This document shows, piece by piece, positions 9,692 through 20,900 of a stretch of DNA of 64,000 nt. Below the pieces are notes generated by a model. That model was not told the origin of the DNA. It did no database searches and saw only the letters and a list, made by a program, of their open reading frames with translations. Every line of letters starts with the position of its first letter. The stretch's first letter is position 1. The position numbers and the translations under genes are program-made. Origin of the DNA: a virus (taxonomy: Duplodnaviria > Caudoviricetes); IMG/VR virus record IMGVR_UViG_3300015610_000633, positions 9,700 through 73,699 of that record, one strand, 5' to 3'.

Positions 9692-10300
9692 GAACGATAT
9701 CGCCGCTTGTTGTTTCATGACTCCGAAGATCGCCCTCGTAAGTCTTCGCGCGTCTGCAAGTGTGTTGAGCCGAAACTTTGCGCGAAGTTCAGCCGTTAGA
9801 AACACACTCTCGCTTGTTGCTTCAAGATCACCTTGTGAGTCGATGATCGCCACTGCTACCAGTTGCCCGCCCGCTGTCGGCATGCGTTGCGCTAGTCTTC
9901 GCAATGCAACGCGGTCTTCTTGTGTCGGTGCATACACCTGCGATGAACACCACTTCGTTGTGGTAGGGTCGCAAGACACGGCAACACGTGAAGCATTGCT
10001 ATCAGCGAACCGATGTTGATTCGCTTCACGATAACAGTGGATTCGCTTCTTTGCCTTGTCTGTTGCGTTGTAGATCAAGAAATCACCGAGTGTTACACCG
10101 CGCGTTGCATCAAACAACGGAACGAACTGAACGACGGCACAACAGAGATCTTGAACTACATCTTCAACTTCGACCGGTGCGCGCCACCTTCGAAGCAATG
10201 ACTTAGCGATATTTGACCAATCGTGCAACGTCGCACGTATGAACTGCTCAACCGTGATCTCTTTGGCCTGAAGTTTTGCCGCTTCTTTTTTGATTTTCAT
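9683..10300 (-). CDS. Phage RNA polymerase sigma-70-family factor
   Basis: EDVVQDLCCAVVQFVPLFDATRGVTLGDFLIYNATDKAKKRI resembles sigma-70 region 2; ~205 aa. Confidence 0.7.
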   Translation of the reverse strand: MKIKKEAAKLQAKEITVEQFIRATLHDWSNIAKSLLRRWRAPVEVEDVVQDLCCAVVQFVPLFDATRGVTLGDFLIYNATDKAKKRIHCYREANQHRFADSNASRVAVSCDPTTTKWCSSQVYAPTQEDRVALRRLAQRMPTAGGQLVAVAIIDSQGDLEATSESVFLTAELRAKFRLNTLADARRLTRAIFGVMKQQAAISFAA

Positions 10301-10317
10301 GTCAATCACCCTTTGCG

Positions 10318-10337
10318 ACGTCTAACCGGGTAGACGT
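10318..10337. repeat. Quasi-palindrome, copy 2 (upstream of sigma gene)
   Basis: ACGTCTAACCGGGTAGACGT. Confidence 0.95.
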
Positions 10338-10384
10338 CAAAGAACCCAACCACTACCCCGCAAACTACGCTATGTCAAACGAAC

Positions 10385-12409
10385 TCAGTACACTTCACCA
10401 TCCACCGATGAACCCGACATCAACCCACTATCGATCAAGAACTGCGAAGGCGGTAGCTCTCGAATAGCGGCACCTTGAACCACGGTGCGAACGTATGAGC
10501 AGCGCAGGTTGTCTCTTGCTCGGGTCATGGCCACATACGCAAGCCTTCGCTCTTCTTCAAGATCTCCACGTGCATGCGGCAAGATGCCTTCGTTCATGCC
10601 GACAACCCAAACGTTAGGCCATTCCAGGCCCTTCGATCGGTGCACCGACATCAACAACACCCGGTTACCACCCGCTTGCGCATCACGGCGTTGCTTCTTT
10701 GATTCGTCAATGTTCTTGTCAATATATTTCAAGAACTCACCGACCGAACTGAACCTTGAAGCAACACGAATCAACTCGCGAACATTGCTTACCGGGTTGT
10801 TGTGCAAGCCTTCTGAACCTTCTTCTTTCTCAAGCCATTCTTGGTATCCCGTGACTTGAAGTATGTGCTTCAACACTTGCTCGGGTAGGTGTGGCGCACA
10901 TGGATCGTCTGACTCAGTAGGGGGATTGTTGATGAGTTCACGCAAGTAACCCATTAGTTCAGACCATTGCACCGCTGAACTTCGTTGACGTTGTTGAATG
11001 CCCGCTTGTTCGGCTACACGAAACACCAACGTGGGCCAATCAATCGCTTTGTTACCCGCTGCTAGTATTTGCAAGCGGTCAACAAACTTTGCACCGAGGT
11101 ATCGAAACGGTGCGTTGATACAGCGTCGAACGTTTTCACCCGTCTCGTCACGACCCGAAGCAACTCGAAGATATCCGAGCAAGTCTCTCACTTCTTTGCG
11201 CTCGTAGAAACTTGAACCACCAACTACCACGTAAGGCACCTTTGCAGACAACAACGCTTCTTCAACAGCTCGTGATTGTGCGTTGGTGCGAAATAGACAT
11301 GTGTAATCACTGTACTGATTAGAACCGGTTTCTACACCTTCAATAACCCATGCCGTGAACTTGCGCGCTTCATCATCAAGATCTTCGGCAAACACCGCAT
11401 GTGAAGTACCTTCAACACCGCGCATCGGTTGCATGTCGGTTTCGAGTCGCGTTACTGCTTTACGTATGACGTTGTTTGCAGCGCGTACAACCGAATCGGT
11501 TGATCGATAGTTCTTGTTCATCACCACGCGTTCAGCCTGCCATTCTTCAACGAATGCCATTATGTGATCGGGTGATGAACCTCGAAACCCATAGATCGAT
11601 TGCGCAGGATCACCGACGATCAAATAGTTACGGTGATCTTGTGCCAACAACTTAGCGATCGTGATCTGCGCCTCGTTAGCGTCTTGCGCCTCGTCTTGAA
11701 GCAAGAAATCCCATCGTGAAGCCCAACGTGAACGCGCGTCTTCATTGCGCGAAAGATGACGCCACACCACCACTAGAAAATCATCAAACGTCAACAACTG
11801 CTCTGACTGCATAGCGCGTTCATAAAGCTCGTATGCAGTGGCGGCAAGCCTGCCATGACGAGTACCAAACCAGTCGTTAGCCAGTGCTTTAGCTTCGGCG
11901 GTGTTGGCTTCAATGAGTTCAGCTTTAGCCCACGAAACGAACGACATGAGTTCGTTCAAGTCGGCGTCATGCCAGTTCATCGCCTTGTACCCGATCACGC
12001 CCTTCATGACGTATTTAGCTTTATTAGACTCGTCAATCGTCCAACGTGATTCGGGTAGTTGATCTTCTTTGATTATTTGAAGGCACAACGAATGCCATGT
12101 ACCGATGCGAGCATCAACACCGAGCTGTGCGGCCCGGTCGCTCATTTCGTCGGCTGCTTTTTTGCTGAACGTAACAGCAAGAATCTTGTCGGGTGTTGTT
12201 TCACCCGTTTCAATCAACCGAACAAGGCGATGAACGAGAGCACGGGTTTTGCCGCTACCGGCTTGCGCTAGGACCGCGATCGGCCCCCTCGTGTGTTCAA
12301 TAGCCTGAACCTGTTCGGCGTTCATATTACGAAGCCATACGGGCGTTGAATCGATGTTGGCGTTGATGCTTCGGTTGAGTCGTGTTCGCATTGTCGTTAG
12401 TCCCGCCAT
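10385..12409 (-). CDS. uvrD: UvrD/PcrA/Rep SF1 DNA helicase
   Basis: AQAGSGKT, DEAQD, VGDPAQSIYGFRG, NYRS, MSVHRSKGLEWP, EERRLAYVAMTRAR. Confidence 0.96.
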   Translation of the reverse strand: MAGLTTMRTRLNRSINANIDSTPVWLRNMNAEQVQAIEHTRGPIAVLAQAGSGKTRALVHRLVRLIETGETTPDKILAVTFSKKAADEMSDRAAQLGVDARIGTWHSLCLQIIKEDQLPESRWTIDESNKAKYVMKGVIGYKAMNWHDADLNELMSFVSWAKAELIEANTAEAKALANDWFGTRHGRLAATAYELYERAMQSEQLLTFDDFLVVVWRHLSRNEDARSRWASRWDFLLQDEAQDANEAQITIAKLLAQDHRNYLIVGDPAQSIYGFRGSSPDHIMAFVEEWQAERVVMNKNYRSTDSVVRAANNVIRKAVTRLETDMQPMRGVEGTSHAVFAEDLDDEARKFTAWVIEGVETGSNQYSDYTCLFRTNAQSRAVEEALLSAKVPYVVVGGSSFYERKEVRDLLGYLRVASGRDETGENVRRCINAPFRYLGAKFVDRLQILAAGNKAIDWPTLVFRVAEQAGIQQRQRSSAVQWSELMGYLRELINNPPTESDDPCAPHLPEQVLKHILQVTGYQEWLEKEEGSEGLHNNPVSNVRELIRVASRFSSVGEFLKYIDKNIDESKKQRRDAQAGGNRVLLMSVHRSKGLEWPNVWVVGMNEGILPHARGDLEEERRLAYVAMTRARDNLRCSYVRTVVQGAAIRELPPSQFLIDSGLMSGSSVDGEVY

Positions 12410-12414
12410 CAGGT

Positions 12415-12448
12415 GAAAGTGAAACCCGCCCCCTAAGCGGGGCGGGCT
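12415..12448 (-). terminator. Probable Rho-independent terminator
   Basis: GCCCGCCCC-GCTTAG-GGGGCGGGT then TTCACTTTC on the minus strand. Confidence 0.65.
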
Positions 12449-12457
12449 AAAGAATGA

Positions 12458-12703
12458 TCAAACAACTCGCCAGTATTGTTCATTGAACTCAGCCGTTCTT
12501 ACACACTGGCGCTTTACAAGTTCGGCGAGTTCTGCGATCTTCTCGCGCTCTTCAGTCTTATAGGAGTGATCAAGCTTCAAATAAAAAGCACCGCTTGAAA
12601 TCGTAGCGCGTACCCAAAAAATAGGGGTTGCGCCGTTCACTGTGTGAACCGTCATCATTTCAACGCTTGTTGTTACTTCGAAGTTCTCTGAGAATGCGAT
12701 CAT
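12458..12703 (-). CDS. Hypothetical protein, probably early-expressed
   Basis: 81-aa ORF bracketed by a TTGACG-N17-CATAAC promoter and a terminator. Confidence 0.65.
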   Translation of the reverse strand: MIAFSENFEVTTSVEMMTVHTVNGATPIFWVRATISSGAFYLKLDHSYKTEEREKIAELAELVKRQCVRTAEFNEQYWRVV

Positions 12704-12757
12704 TTGCTTGTCTTTCTACCGGGCCATCCCGGTGTTGAGTTCGTTGTTACGAGTAGG

Positions 12758-12800
12758 GTTATGCAGTCAAAACGACTTACCGTCAAGATCTTTTTTTGAG
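12758..12800 (-). promoter_or_regulatory. Sigma70-like promoter with A-tract
   Basis: AAAAAAAGATC-TTGACG(12786-12781)-17 nt-CATAAC(12763-12758). Confidence 0.75.
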
Positions 12801-12817
12801 GCTATGTCGTTTTTTTT

Positions 12818-13177
12818 TCAACCGCTGGTTTTCACGTCTACCCGGTTAGACGTATCACCGAAACGGCGGTGATACTCTTCGACCGAAAGAAACCCGTGTT
12901 GTTTCACCGGGTGATCTTTACGGTGCACTTCGGCGTAACGTTGTCTGCACTTGGCTAGGTTCTTCAGTGTATGCGGGTGAGTTCCGAACTCGAAACAACC
13001 GATCCCGAACTTCTTACGCTCTTTGAACCACTTGTTGCGACATACCCCCAACGCTTTAGCCTGCTGTCTACCGTTCGGATATTTCTCGATGAACTCGTTC
13101 ATCGCTTGCTTGTCTTGCAACAACTTCGCTAGCAACTCGCATTCATCAAGCGGCGTATGTTTTCGCTTAGTAGCCAT
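12818..13177 (-). CDS. Hypothetical small basic protein, possible HTH regulator
   Basis: GRQQAKALGVCRNKWFKERKKFGI resembles a helix-turn-helix; C-terminus encoded through a palindrome copy. Confidence 0.55.
   Translation of the reverse strand: MATKRKHTPLDECELLAKLLQDKQAMNEFIEKYPNGRQQAKALGVCRNKWFKERKKFGIGCFEFGTHPHTLKNLAKCRQRYAEVHRKDHPVKQHGFLSVEEYHRRFGDTSNRVDVKTSG
12834..12853. repeat. Quasi-palindrome, copy 3
   Basis: ACGTCTACCCGGTTAGACGT. Confidence 0.95.
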
Positions 13178-14139
13178 GCCATCCCATCACGATCACCCAT
13201 CAAGTACGCGTTCCAATCTTCGAAACCCGATGGTGGTGTTAGTCTTACCAAGTTCATCGATCGCGCAAGTGATCCCTGCAACTTTTCAGCAGCTAGATCA
13301 CCCGCATAGTCAGGATCGGTAAGTATCAAACCCGTGTGAAAGTTGTTCGTGATCTTCATGATGTGAATCGGTGTAACATCTGAACCCATTAGCGAAGCTA
13401 TGGGAAGTGTCGGCAACACTTCGCGAACTGACAACCCGTTCAATGCACCTTCTGTGATCGCTACAATACCGCGTATGCGCTCGGGTTCATTCCAAAGATG
13501 TTCACCGAAAATCGCGTTCTTGTCTGCCCGTTCGTCTTCTTTGGGTTCAAGGTATCGCTTTTCGTGGTTCACATATGAACGCGCCGTATACGATACAAGC
13601 GCACCATTCGCGTTATACACGGGGATCACTACTCTACCATCACATCGGCCCGATACAGCGTAACCGAGTCGATAGCGGTCAACCTGCGAAGCTATACACC
13701 TGTTCATCAGGTAGCGCTTCGGTGGTGATATCCACTCAGCAAACGGAACTTGAACAACACCTGCGGGTAGCTTGAACTTCGATTGCTTCGGGGCGTTCAC
13801 TTGCCATTGAACACTAACAACCGGGGTTGCGTGCTCTGATAGGTTCTCAACCCAATGTCTAGCCGAAGCATAGCTCAACCCGACAACCGCTTGAACAAGC
13901 TCAATAGGACCACCGCCCCAATGACACCCGAAGCAGGTATGAAGCCCGTGCTTATCCGAACCGGGTTGATCTTTGATTGACCACGAAGGCGAGCGATCAA
14001 CGTGGTTGCCTGATGGGCAAATAGCCCACCATTCACCCCGATGATTTACCTTTGCTTCAATGTACAACGATCGAAGCAATGCAGGTACATCAACCCGTTT
14101 CTTCATGCTGTCGATGTTGTTCGACCCTTGCGATTTCAT
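13129..14139 (-). CDS. dnaG: DnaG-type primase
   Basis: CHC2 Zn finger (CPSGNH...HTCFGC); TOPRIM EG...DPDYAG. Confidence 0.92.
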   Translation of the reverse strand: MKSQGSNNIDSMKKRVDVPALLRSLYIEAKVNHRGEWWAICPSGNHVDRSPSWSIKDQPGSDKHGLHTCFGCHWGGGPIELVQAVVGLSYASARHWVENLSEHATPVVSVQWQVNAPKQSKFKLPAGVVQVPFAEWISPPKRYLMNRCIASQVDRYRLGYAVSGRCDGRVVIPVYNANGALVSYTARSYVNHEKRYLEPKEDERADKNAIFGEHLWNEPERIRGIVAITEGALNGLSVREVLPTLPIASLMGSDVTPIHIMKITNNFHTGLILTDPDYAGDLAAEKLQGSLARSMNLVRLTPPSGFEDWNAYLMGDRDGMAWLLSENIRRLMNASC

Positions 14140-14308
14140 CGTAACGATCTTTCACTTTTTGCGGGCAGCATTCACGATGCCAACCCAAGATCCGATTCGA
14201 CTCAGCAACACCACAATAAAGCTCTGATTCACACAAGTACACTGAACCTTCACCGAGTGACTTACGGCAAACTGAACAATGAGTTGCAATCCACACTTGC
14301 ATAGTCAC
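14090..14308 (-). CDS. Small Cys-rich hypothetical protein
   Basis: 72 aa, CSVC motif, coupled to the DnaB stop. Confidence 0.5.
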   Translation of the reverse strand: MTMQVWIATHCSVCRKSLGEGSVYLCESELYCGVAESNRILGWHRECCPQKVKDRYDEIARVEQHRQHEETG

Positions 14309-15822
14309 CTCTTACCACGTGGACGCCGATCCATGTTCGGGTTGCGCTGCTTCATCGCATCACGTTTAGAACCCAAAAAATCATCAACCGGTGCATCATG
14401 TTCACTAGACTCTTCAAGCAACGCTCGATTGTACTCGATTGATCGCCCGTTCGATATCACCCCAATATCGGGTTCACTGTCGAACTCAACAGCTAGCGGC
14501 CATTTACCCCAACGCTGCTTCAACACCAGTATTTGAAGCGTCGTATCTGGTACAGGTGCCCACAATGCAGGTCTATGAACTCCAAGTATTGTATCAGCGA
14601 TCTCAGTCCACGCCGAAGAGCCTTTCATACCTTCACGGGTCGGTCGCTTGTCTGCCCGCTGCTCAACATCTTTCAACCTTATTTGATGGCAAACGATCGC
14701 ATGGCAATGTGTTTGTTGCATGATCGCCTGAAACCTAAACAATGCGGTTTCTTCTTGCTCCGGATCTTTCTGAACGAATGCACGTTGAAGCAAGTCAGCA
14801 ACAAATATATCAGCGCCGGTGTCTTCAATGTATTGATGAATCTTGTCAAGGTTATCATCGTTCGTTTGACGGCGTTCACCCCTTACACGTTGAAAGGGGT
14901 TTTGCATAAACTTCACGTATTCACTTATTGCCAGTTGTCGCGCTCTCAACTGTTCGATCTCTTCATCGGTTACGTTACCCAACGAAACCTTGGTTCTATT
15001 CAATCGAAGCGACATACTAGCCATGAGTTCGAGCATAGGCCCCGATTGTGTTTCCCATGCTCCAAACAACACGCGCTTACGTTGTTTCGTTTCAAGAAAA
15101 TGTTTGTGATAATCGCGAGCAATACCAAGAATCATTTGAGCTAGAAATGTAGTTTTTCCCGACCCGCTTAGACCTGTGATGATCGTAACCTGTTCAGGTT
15201 TCGCACCGGGTACCATACGCGCCGAACCATCTTCGTATTTGTCTAGCGATGGTATGCCGTACGTATAGACAGCAAACCCCGCTCTACGGCTTTTCAAATC
15301 TTCTATTTGCTCGTGAACGAGTGCTTCACTATCCCGAAGAAACGATCGCCCTTCATACCCGTCAAATGTACCACCGATCGCCTTCGCTAGTGCCTTCACG
15401 CGTTCGGGTGACTCTTTGGGGTTCTTGATCGCATCAAGAAACAACGCTACCGGTCCGGTGATACTCGAAGCCCTCGCCTTATCCCATAGCAACGTCTTCA
15501 CGTGGTGATCTAGGTTCACTGGCACATCAGGGCGAGCTTCGTGCAACTGCGACAAATAACCAACGTCTAGCCCCGGTGTTAGCGTCTGCAGTGTTGCGAA
15601 ATCAAACCCTAGTTGTTTGCGTTCGAGTTCTTGAAACGTTGACCATGCTTGTTGATGTGAGGCAGTTTGAAACACATCGATCGGCATGCGTACCAATCGC
15701 CTGCGAACCTCGTCATCGGCCATTGCAGCGGCGATCACAACCTGTTCATTGGCTACGTCATGTTGAATAACCAGTTCAACCGCTTTGGTTTTCGACTCAG
15801 TGTTTGTAAACGGCGTTCTCAC
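14305..15822 (-). CDS. dnaB: DnaB-like replicative helicase
   Basis: GLSGSGKT Walker A, VADLLQ, CHQIR, ADTILGVHRP, LKQRWG. Confidence 0.9.
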   Translation of the reverse strand: MRTPFTNTESKTKAVELVIQHDVANEQVVIAAAMADDEVRRRLVRMPIDVFQTASHQQAWSTFQELERKQLGFDFATLQTLTPGLDVGYLSQLHEARPDVPVNLDHHVKTLLWDKARASSITGPVALFLDAIKNPKESPERVKALAKAIGGTFDGYEGRSFLRDSEALVHEQIEDLKSRRAGFAVYTYGIPSLDKYEDGSARMVPGAKPEQVTIITGLSGSGKTTFLAQMILGIARDYHKHFLETKQRKRVLFGAWETQSGPMLELMASMSLRLNRTKVSLGNVTDEEIEQLRARQLAISEYVKFMQNPFQRVRGERRQTNDDNLDKIHQYIEDTGADIFVADLLQRAFVQKDPEQEETALFRFQAIMQQTHCHAIVCHQIRLKDVEQRADKRPTREGMKGSSAWTEIADTILGVHRPALWAPVPDTTLQILVLKQRWGKWPLAVEFDSEPDIGVISNGRSIEYNRALLEESSEHDAPVDDFLGSKRDAMKQRNPNMDRRPRGKR

Positions 15823-16048
15823 TTGCGATCCCTTTCAACTCACCACACACAACAACCCAGTATTCAACGAACTCACCGACATCAACGAAAGCTACTCGAA
15901 GCTTTGAAGGCCATTGCTTCACACACCAACACCACCACACAAACTGAACCCATCGCCACACCTGCCACCATTGCGCATCACATACCCTCACTAGTTGGTT
16001 GTAATGACCCGAACCAATGATCGCACCGTGAAGGGTAGGACGGTTCAC
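15797..16048 (-). CDS. Hypothetical Trp/Val-rich small protein
   Basis: Fills the gap between genes with a GTGA-type overlap; no motif recognised. Confidence 0.4.
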   Translation of the reverse strand: MNRPTLHGAIIGSGHYNQLVRVCDAQWWQVWRWVQFVWWCWCVKQWPSKLRVAFVDVGEFVEYWVVVCGELKGIASENAVYKH

Positions 16049-16461
16049 AACTTTTCAGCCTCACGCACAATACTCAACTTGTAATCAGTAACGGCCCTTC
16101 GGCTGAACACTGAACGCCAGTCAGCACGAAAGGTACTTGGTGAACCTGTATCCCTTCGGTACTTCTCACGCGACTTTTCACGCGACCAAAACCACCGTAT
16201 GAACACGATAAACTTGCTCATATCTTCGGCGAACTCTTCGCGTAGTATGCGCTTCGCTTGAACCCTTGCGATCGTGAAGTCTTTACCCGACTCTTCGGGA
16301 GTCGAAACACCATAAACGCGCTCATGACAAATGCAGTGAAGGATCATCACATGGTCAGGCGTTGCGGGTTGCCAGTTATCCGCCCGAAGCATGTCATTCA
16401 CTTCACTCTTCAAACGTTCAACTTTGGTTTGTGGTTTGGGTGGGTTTAGTGGGTGTCTCAT
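16045..16461 (-). CDS. Hypothetical protein upstream of DnaB (possible loader/initiator)
   Basis: Probable start MRHPLN at 16461; the longer ORF start runs through a palindrome. Confidence 0.6.
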   Translation of the reverse strand: MRHPLNPPKPQTKVERLKSEVNDMLRADNWQPATPDHVMILHCICHERVYGVSTPEESGKDFTIARVQAKRILREEFAEDMSKFIVFIRWFWSREKSREKYRRDTGSPSTFRADWRSVFSRRAVTDYKLSIVREAEKL

Positions 16462-16476
16462 GCCTTGTCTCTTGTC

Positions 16477-16496
16477 ACGTCTAACCGGGTAGACGT
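16477..16496. repeat. Quasi-palindrome, copy 4
   Basis: ACGTCTAACCGGGTAGACGT. Confidence 0.95.
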
Positions 16497-16501
16497 GAAC
16501 C

Positions 16502-16511
16502 ATTATGCAGC
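16502..16511 (-). promoter_or_regulatory. GCTGCATAAT motif followed by palindrome copy 4
   Basis: GCTGCATAATGGTTCACGTCTACCCGG. Confidence 0.6.
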
Positions 16512-16512
16512 G

Positions 16513-17958
16513 TCAAAGAGTGTCAAAAAAAGTAGGCTTGCGAGGTATGCGGTATTCATCGGGGTTCATAAGTCTACCATCAACCAACACCTTCACACGA
16601 TCACCGTACTTGTCGACAATACCTTTCAACACATACCGACCATATACGTGTTGATCCCAAAGATAATAAATCGTTGCGTGTGTCTTACCCGGTGACCCCC
16701 TGCATATTCTACCCCGCACTTGATTGAATAGTCGAAGGTTAGTACCAATAGGATCGGCAACAATCGCAACTTCAACCGTTGGTATATCGATCCCCGTTCC
16801 TATTGATTCAACAGTGCCAACCCCGATTTCAATAGAACCATCGGTTAGCCCATCAATAGCCCTTTCACGTTCTACCTTGTTCTTGGCTTGCCCAATGGTC
16901 AACCCCGTACGATACCCCCTCATTATCAACGAACGTTCAACCGATTTACAATGTTCAATACGTGAGAAGAACAACAACACTTGTTTACCCTTCACTGATT
17001 CAATCAATGAATAAACAACTTCATTGCGTTCATGATCGGTTACCATGGCAAGCGTTCGATTATATGATTCTTTCGCATCACAGGTGAACGCAGTAGGAAC
17101 CACAACCACGTTCACGGGTACAGTGCGCCCCGTTTGATCAACCGCTTCTTGTGATATCTCATAGCTAACCGATCCGAACTGGTCATAAATCAAACATTCA
17201 AGTTCATCGGGTCGGGTTTCATCGGCTGATAGCCCTATGCGATACTTTGCAGGAAACTTACTAACAACTTCGCGAAACGAACGAGCGGCAAACCGTTGAA
17301 CCTCGTCACATATCAACACACCATACTTGGCAACCATCCATTCGGGCACACCACTACGCGCAAGCGTTTGATCCATCGCGATCAATATGTCGGCTTCTTC
17401 TTTCTTACCACCACCATAAATACCAACTTGATCTTCATCCAAACCAAGTTCAGCGCGAAGGCGCCCCTTCCATTGGTCTTTCAAGCCATCAGTCCAAACC
17501 AATACGAGCGAAGGTCGCTTGATGCGGCTTATCATGGCGATCGCTGCTGTCGTCTTACCTGACCCCGTAGGAGCACGAACAAGACAGTTCTGCGAACGCA
17601 TAGCCAACTGAACCGCTTCTTCTTGGAACCAATCCAACGATCTACCGGTATCGGGTATCCATTCTCGAAGCTCACCTTCAACCCTTCGATCGTCTATTTC
17701 AAAATCATTCACACCATGAGATCTGAGTATATTGCGAACCTTGCGAAACCCACCACGCGGCAAAGTCATAAAATCACCGTCATAACCATAGGTTGATATT
17801 GTAGCCGGTTCTTTTTGCGCGGCGTAGAACTTCTTCAAACGTATCAACTGCGTATGGTTTTGGTTCTTATAGGTAAACGCATATTCGATCTCACCGCGCG
17901 CCACTAGGGGTATGGCATTCACGGCGATCCTGACTTGACTGTCTAGAACTATTCGCAT
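16513..17958 (-). CDS. SF2 DEAD/DEAH-like helicase (UvsW/Rad25-like)
   Basis: APTGSGKT, DEVQ, GLSAD, TGIDIP, QVRGRICR; start MRIVLDS at 17958. Confidence 0.9.
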   Translation of the reverse strand: MRIVLDSQVRIAVNAIPLVARGEIEYAFTYKNQNHTQLIRLKKFYAAQKEPATISTYGYDGDFMTLPRGGFRKVRNILRSHGVNDFEIDDRRVEGELREWIPDTGRSLDWFQEEAVQLAMRSQNCLVRAPTGSGKTTAAIAMISRIKRPSLVLVWTDGLKDQWKGRLRAELGLDEDQVGIYGGGKKEEADILIAMDQTLARSGVPEWMVAKYGVLICDEVQRFAARSFREVVSKFPAKYRIGLSADETRPDELECLIYDQFGSVSYEISQEAVDQTGRTVPVNVVVVPTAFTCDAKESYNRTLAMVTDHERNEVVYSLIESVKGKQVLLFFSRIEHCKSVERSLIMRGYRTGLTIGQAKNKVERERAIDGLTDGSIEIGVGTVESIGTGIDIPTVEVAIVADPIGTNLRLFNQVRGRICRGSPGKTHATIYYLWDQHVYGRYVLKGIVDKYGDRVKVLVDGRLMNPDEYRIPRKPTFFDTL

Positions 17959-17964
17959 GCCTGC

Positions 17965-17974
17965 ATTATGCAGC
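17965..17974 (-). promoter_or_regulatory. GCTGCATAAT motif 6 nt upstream of the SF2 helicase ATG
   Basis: GCTGCATAAT-GCAGGC-ATG. Confidence 0.6.
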
Positions 17975-20900
17975 GCTATCCCGTTGCAATAGCTCGAACA
18001 ACATCTTGCCAATATTATCGAAGCCAATGTTCAATACATCTTCACTCGAAGCACCCGCGGCTTCAAGGGCTGACTCACCACTAAGCCCGTCAGTCTGCAA
18101 ACTGACCGCTACCTTAGCCATGAGCAACGATTGAAGCTGTTCTTGCAATGACCCGGTGTATATGGGTATTAGCATTCGAGTAGGTTGGGTTTGTCCTATT
18201 CGATCAATACGACCGTTAGCTTGTCGCATTATTTCGGGGTTGCATGCTGGATTCTCAAACCAAATAGCCGTACTAAACGAAACCAGGTTGTTGATGCCTG
18301 TCTTGACCCCAACCGGGTTCAACACCAACACACGCTTACCCGGCTTCAATACGTTCGTTTCAATCCAGCTTTCACGCTCATGCGGCGGCACCTTACGCGA
18401 CTCAAGCAATGCAACGGGTTCACCAATATTTTCTTCAATGACCCGCTTCAATCTTGGCAATAGTTCAACATGATACCCGTACACAATGACTTTGCGACCT
18501 TCACATAGTTCGGCTTTCACCCTTTCAATCAACCATTGCTCTTTGGGCAACAACGATCGATTCATCGGTGGTTCACTTGCGACAATATCACCGCCCATAT
18601 TTTCGGGATATCTAATCACGTATTCACCACCCGTTGTATTGCCGGCATCGGGAACACATCGATCCAAGAATGAAGGTAGTTCTGACATTTGACCCCATAG
18701 CTTGCCGTTGCGTTCGGTAAACATGTCAGAAGATATTTGAGCCTTCAACGCCGTCAACAATCTTTCATATGCTTCACGTTGCTCGGGTAGCATTGCAACA
18801 CGAATGGTTTCTTGTGTGCTAGGCGGTAGGTCAAGTTGAAGATCTTCTTTGTGCAATGTGACCGCGATCGGTAGAAGATGTTTGATTACTAGCAGCGGCA
18901 ATACTCCCGGTGCGACCCCCACCTTTCGCGCGCTAGTAACTACCCGATCGGATTGAATCCCATATTCTACCGATTTTTTCTTACCATCACCTAGTTCAAC
19001 CACCTGTTTTCGATAACCATATCGATCAACAAATCGTTCAACATCTTCGCGCTCGAACTCACTCCTGAACCGTTGCGACATGTACCAAAGGTTGGCAAAC
19101 AATGAATGAGCGTAACCGTTCATGATTGAACCTGTCATCAATAGAGTAGGCTTACCAAGTTGAACAAGTCGGTGTGCTGCTTTCTCTTGTGCACTACCAT
19201 CGGCCGAATATTCATGACCCTCGTCTAGAATCAAAAAATCAAAACAATGTTTTGCATGTTTCGCAATATAGGTACTAAGAGCAATACGCCTCGGTTTGGG
19301 TGTCGAATAATACAACGGTTCACCGCATTCTTTCACCCGCGTTAGTCCGCAAAAACTAACCAAGAACTTCAACACATCAAGCAATGCTTCACTTGAACGT
19401 TGACGCCTGTAAACAAAAATATTGTTATTCAATGTCAATGAACATTCGGGTTCAATACTCTTCAAATGTTCGGGAACAACCACACCCTTCAACTCACACG
19501 CCTTATTGCATAGGTCAACAATACTAAACACCCATTGTTTGGATTCATATTTATTCATTGCTTTCTCGATTCTATTGACCCGATTCAACACATCAACGAA
19601 ATCATCACACACGGCTGCTATTAGTTTCAATGTATTTACAATGAATAGTTCGCGAATATCATTGTTCACCTGTTGTATTGATTCAATCATTTGAACCATC
19701 AACCGTTCGAGTGCAGGCAAACCCCGAACATGATTTTCAATCATAGTTTTGTTTTCATCAACCGTATATTTATCAACGCTTGACCGCTTACGATATACCC
19801 CTTGAGGCAATAGCATTTTGATCGTTTCGTCGTTTGAATACGCCGCATTCAAACACCGAGCAAGCTTCACAACACTATCGGCCCACGGATGCGGGTCGCT
19901 ACCCACTTGCGACAACATGACAGTGTTTGAACACTTCTCACGCTTGCGTGCATAATCTTTGCGCTCAATCGGCAAACCACATGATGGGCATATATTCGAA
20001 ACCGAACCCTTTTCATGATCTAGTTTTGCCGCCTCTCTCGACAATATACCGAGTGCAAAACCATTCATTGAACTGAACTCTTCAATGTCCTGTATTGATT
20101 GCAATACTTTGGTGTTATTACGACCAAACACCTCTGTGTATTGATTCTGCCATGATTGCAACAAGTGGGGCGGACACATGACAATCACTCGTTCAGCCTT
20201 CAACATCTTAGCAACAACCAATGATACGGTTGACTTACCACAACCGATCTCACCTAGTAGGATTGCACTGGTCGCTTTAGTCTCTTTGCTTTGATCTGAA
20301 AACAACTTTACCAATGCTCGAACAGTATGTGATTGCGCGGTGTACAATCGTCTTCGTGTTCTTGGCAGTATGTATTGACTCGCATCGGCAGGGGTATAGT
20401 TCACAGGGCATTGTTCGAGCATTACGCGCAACATGTCTCGACTGTAATAATACAATAGATCCGCCACTGTCATTTCACTTACCGATGACAGTTTTTCGTT
20501 CACAATCACACCTTGCGGTAGCTGTCGCAATACTTTGTTTTCAAGATCAAATACTGTCACGGTTAGCTTCGGTTGTTGTACCTGAACCAATGATGTGACA
20601 GTACCCGATTTGTCTGCATTCTCTTTGATTGTCCTGAACTCTTTGTCAAACACGCCCTTCACTAGCAATGGTGGCAACCCTTTTGTGTTCGGCATTATTC
20701 GTGCCCCATTGAAGACACCCGCTGCAACTGCAGTCGCTACATGCGCAGGCTTAGGGCTTGCCGCTAGTGGGTAAGATTGCTGCAACAATGAATCAATATT
20801 TTTTTGCGGGTATGTATTACGACCAGCGATCGCTGAACCTTTCTTACCTGTGAAATGAAAGGGTACATGTTGCAGCATAACATCGGCTTCATTTATTTTT

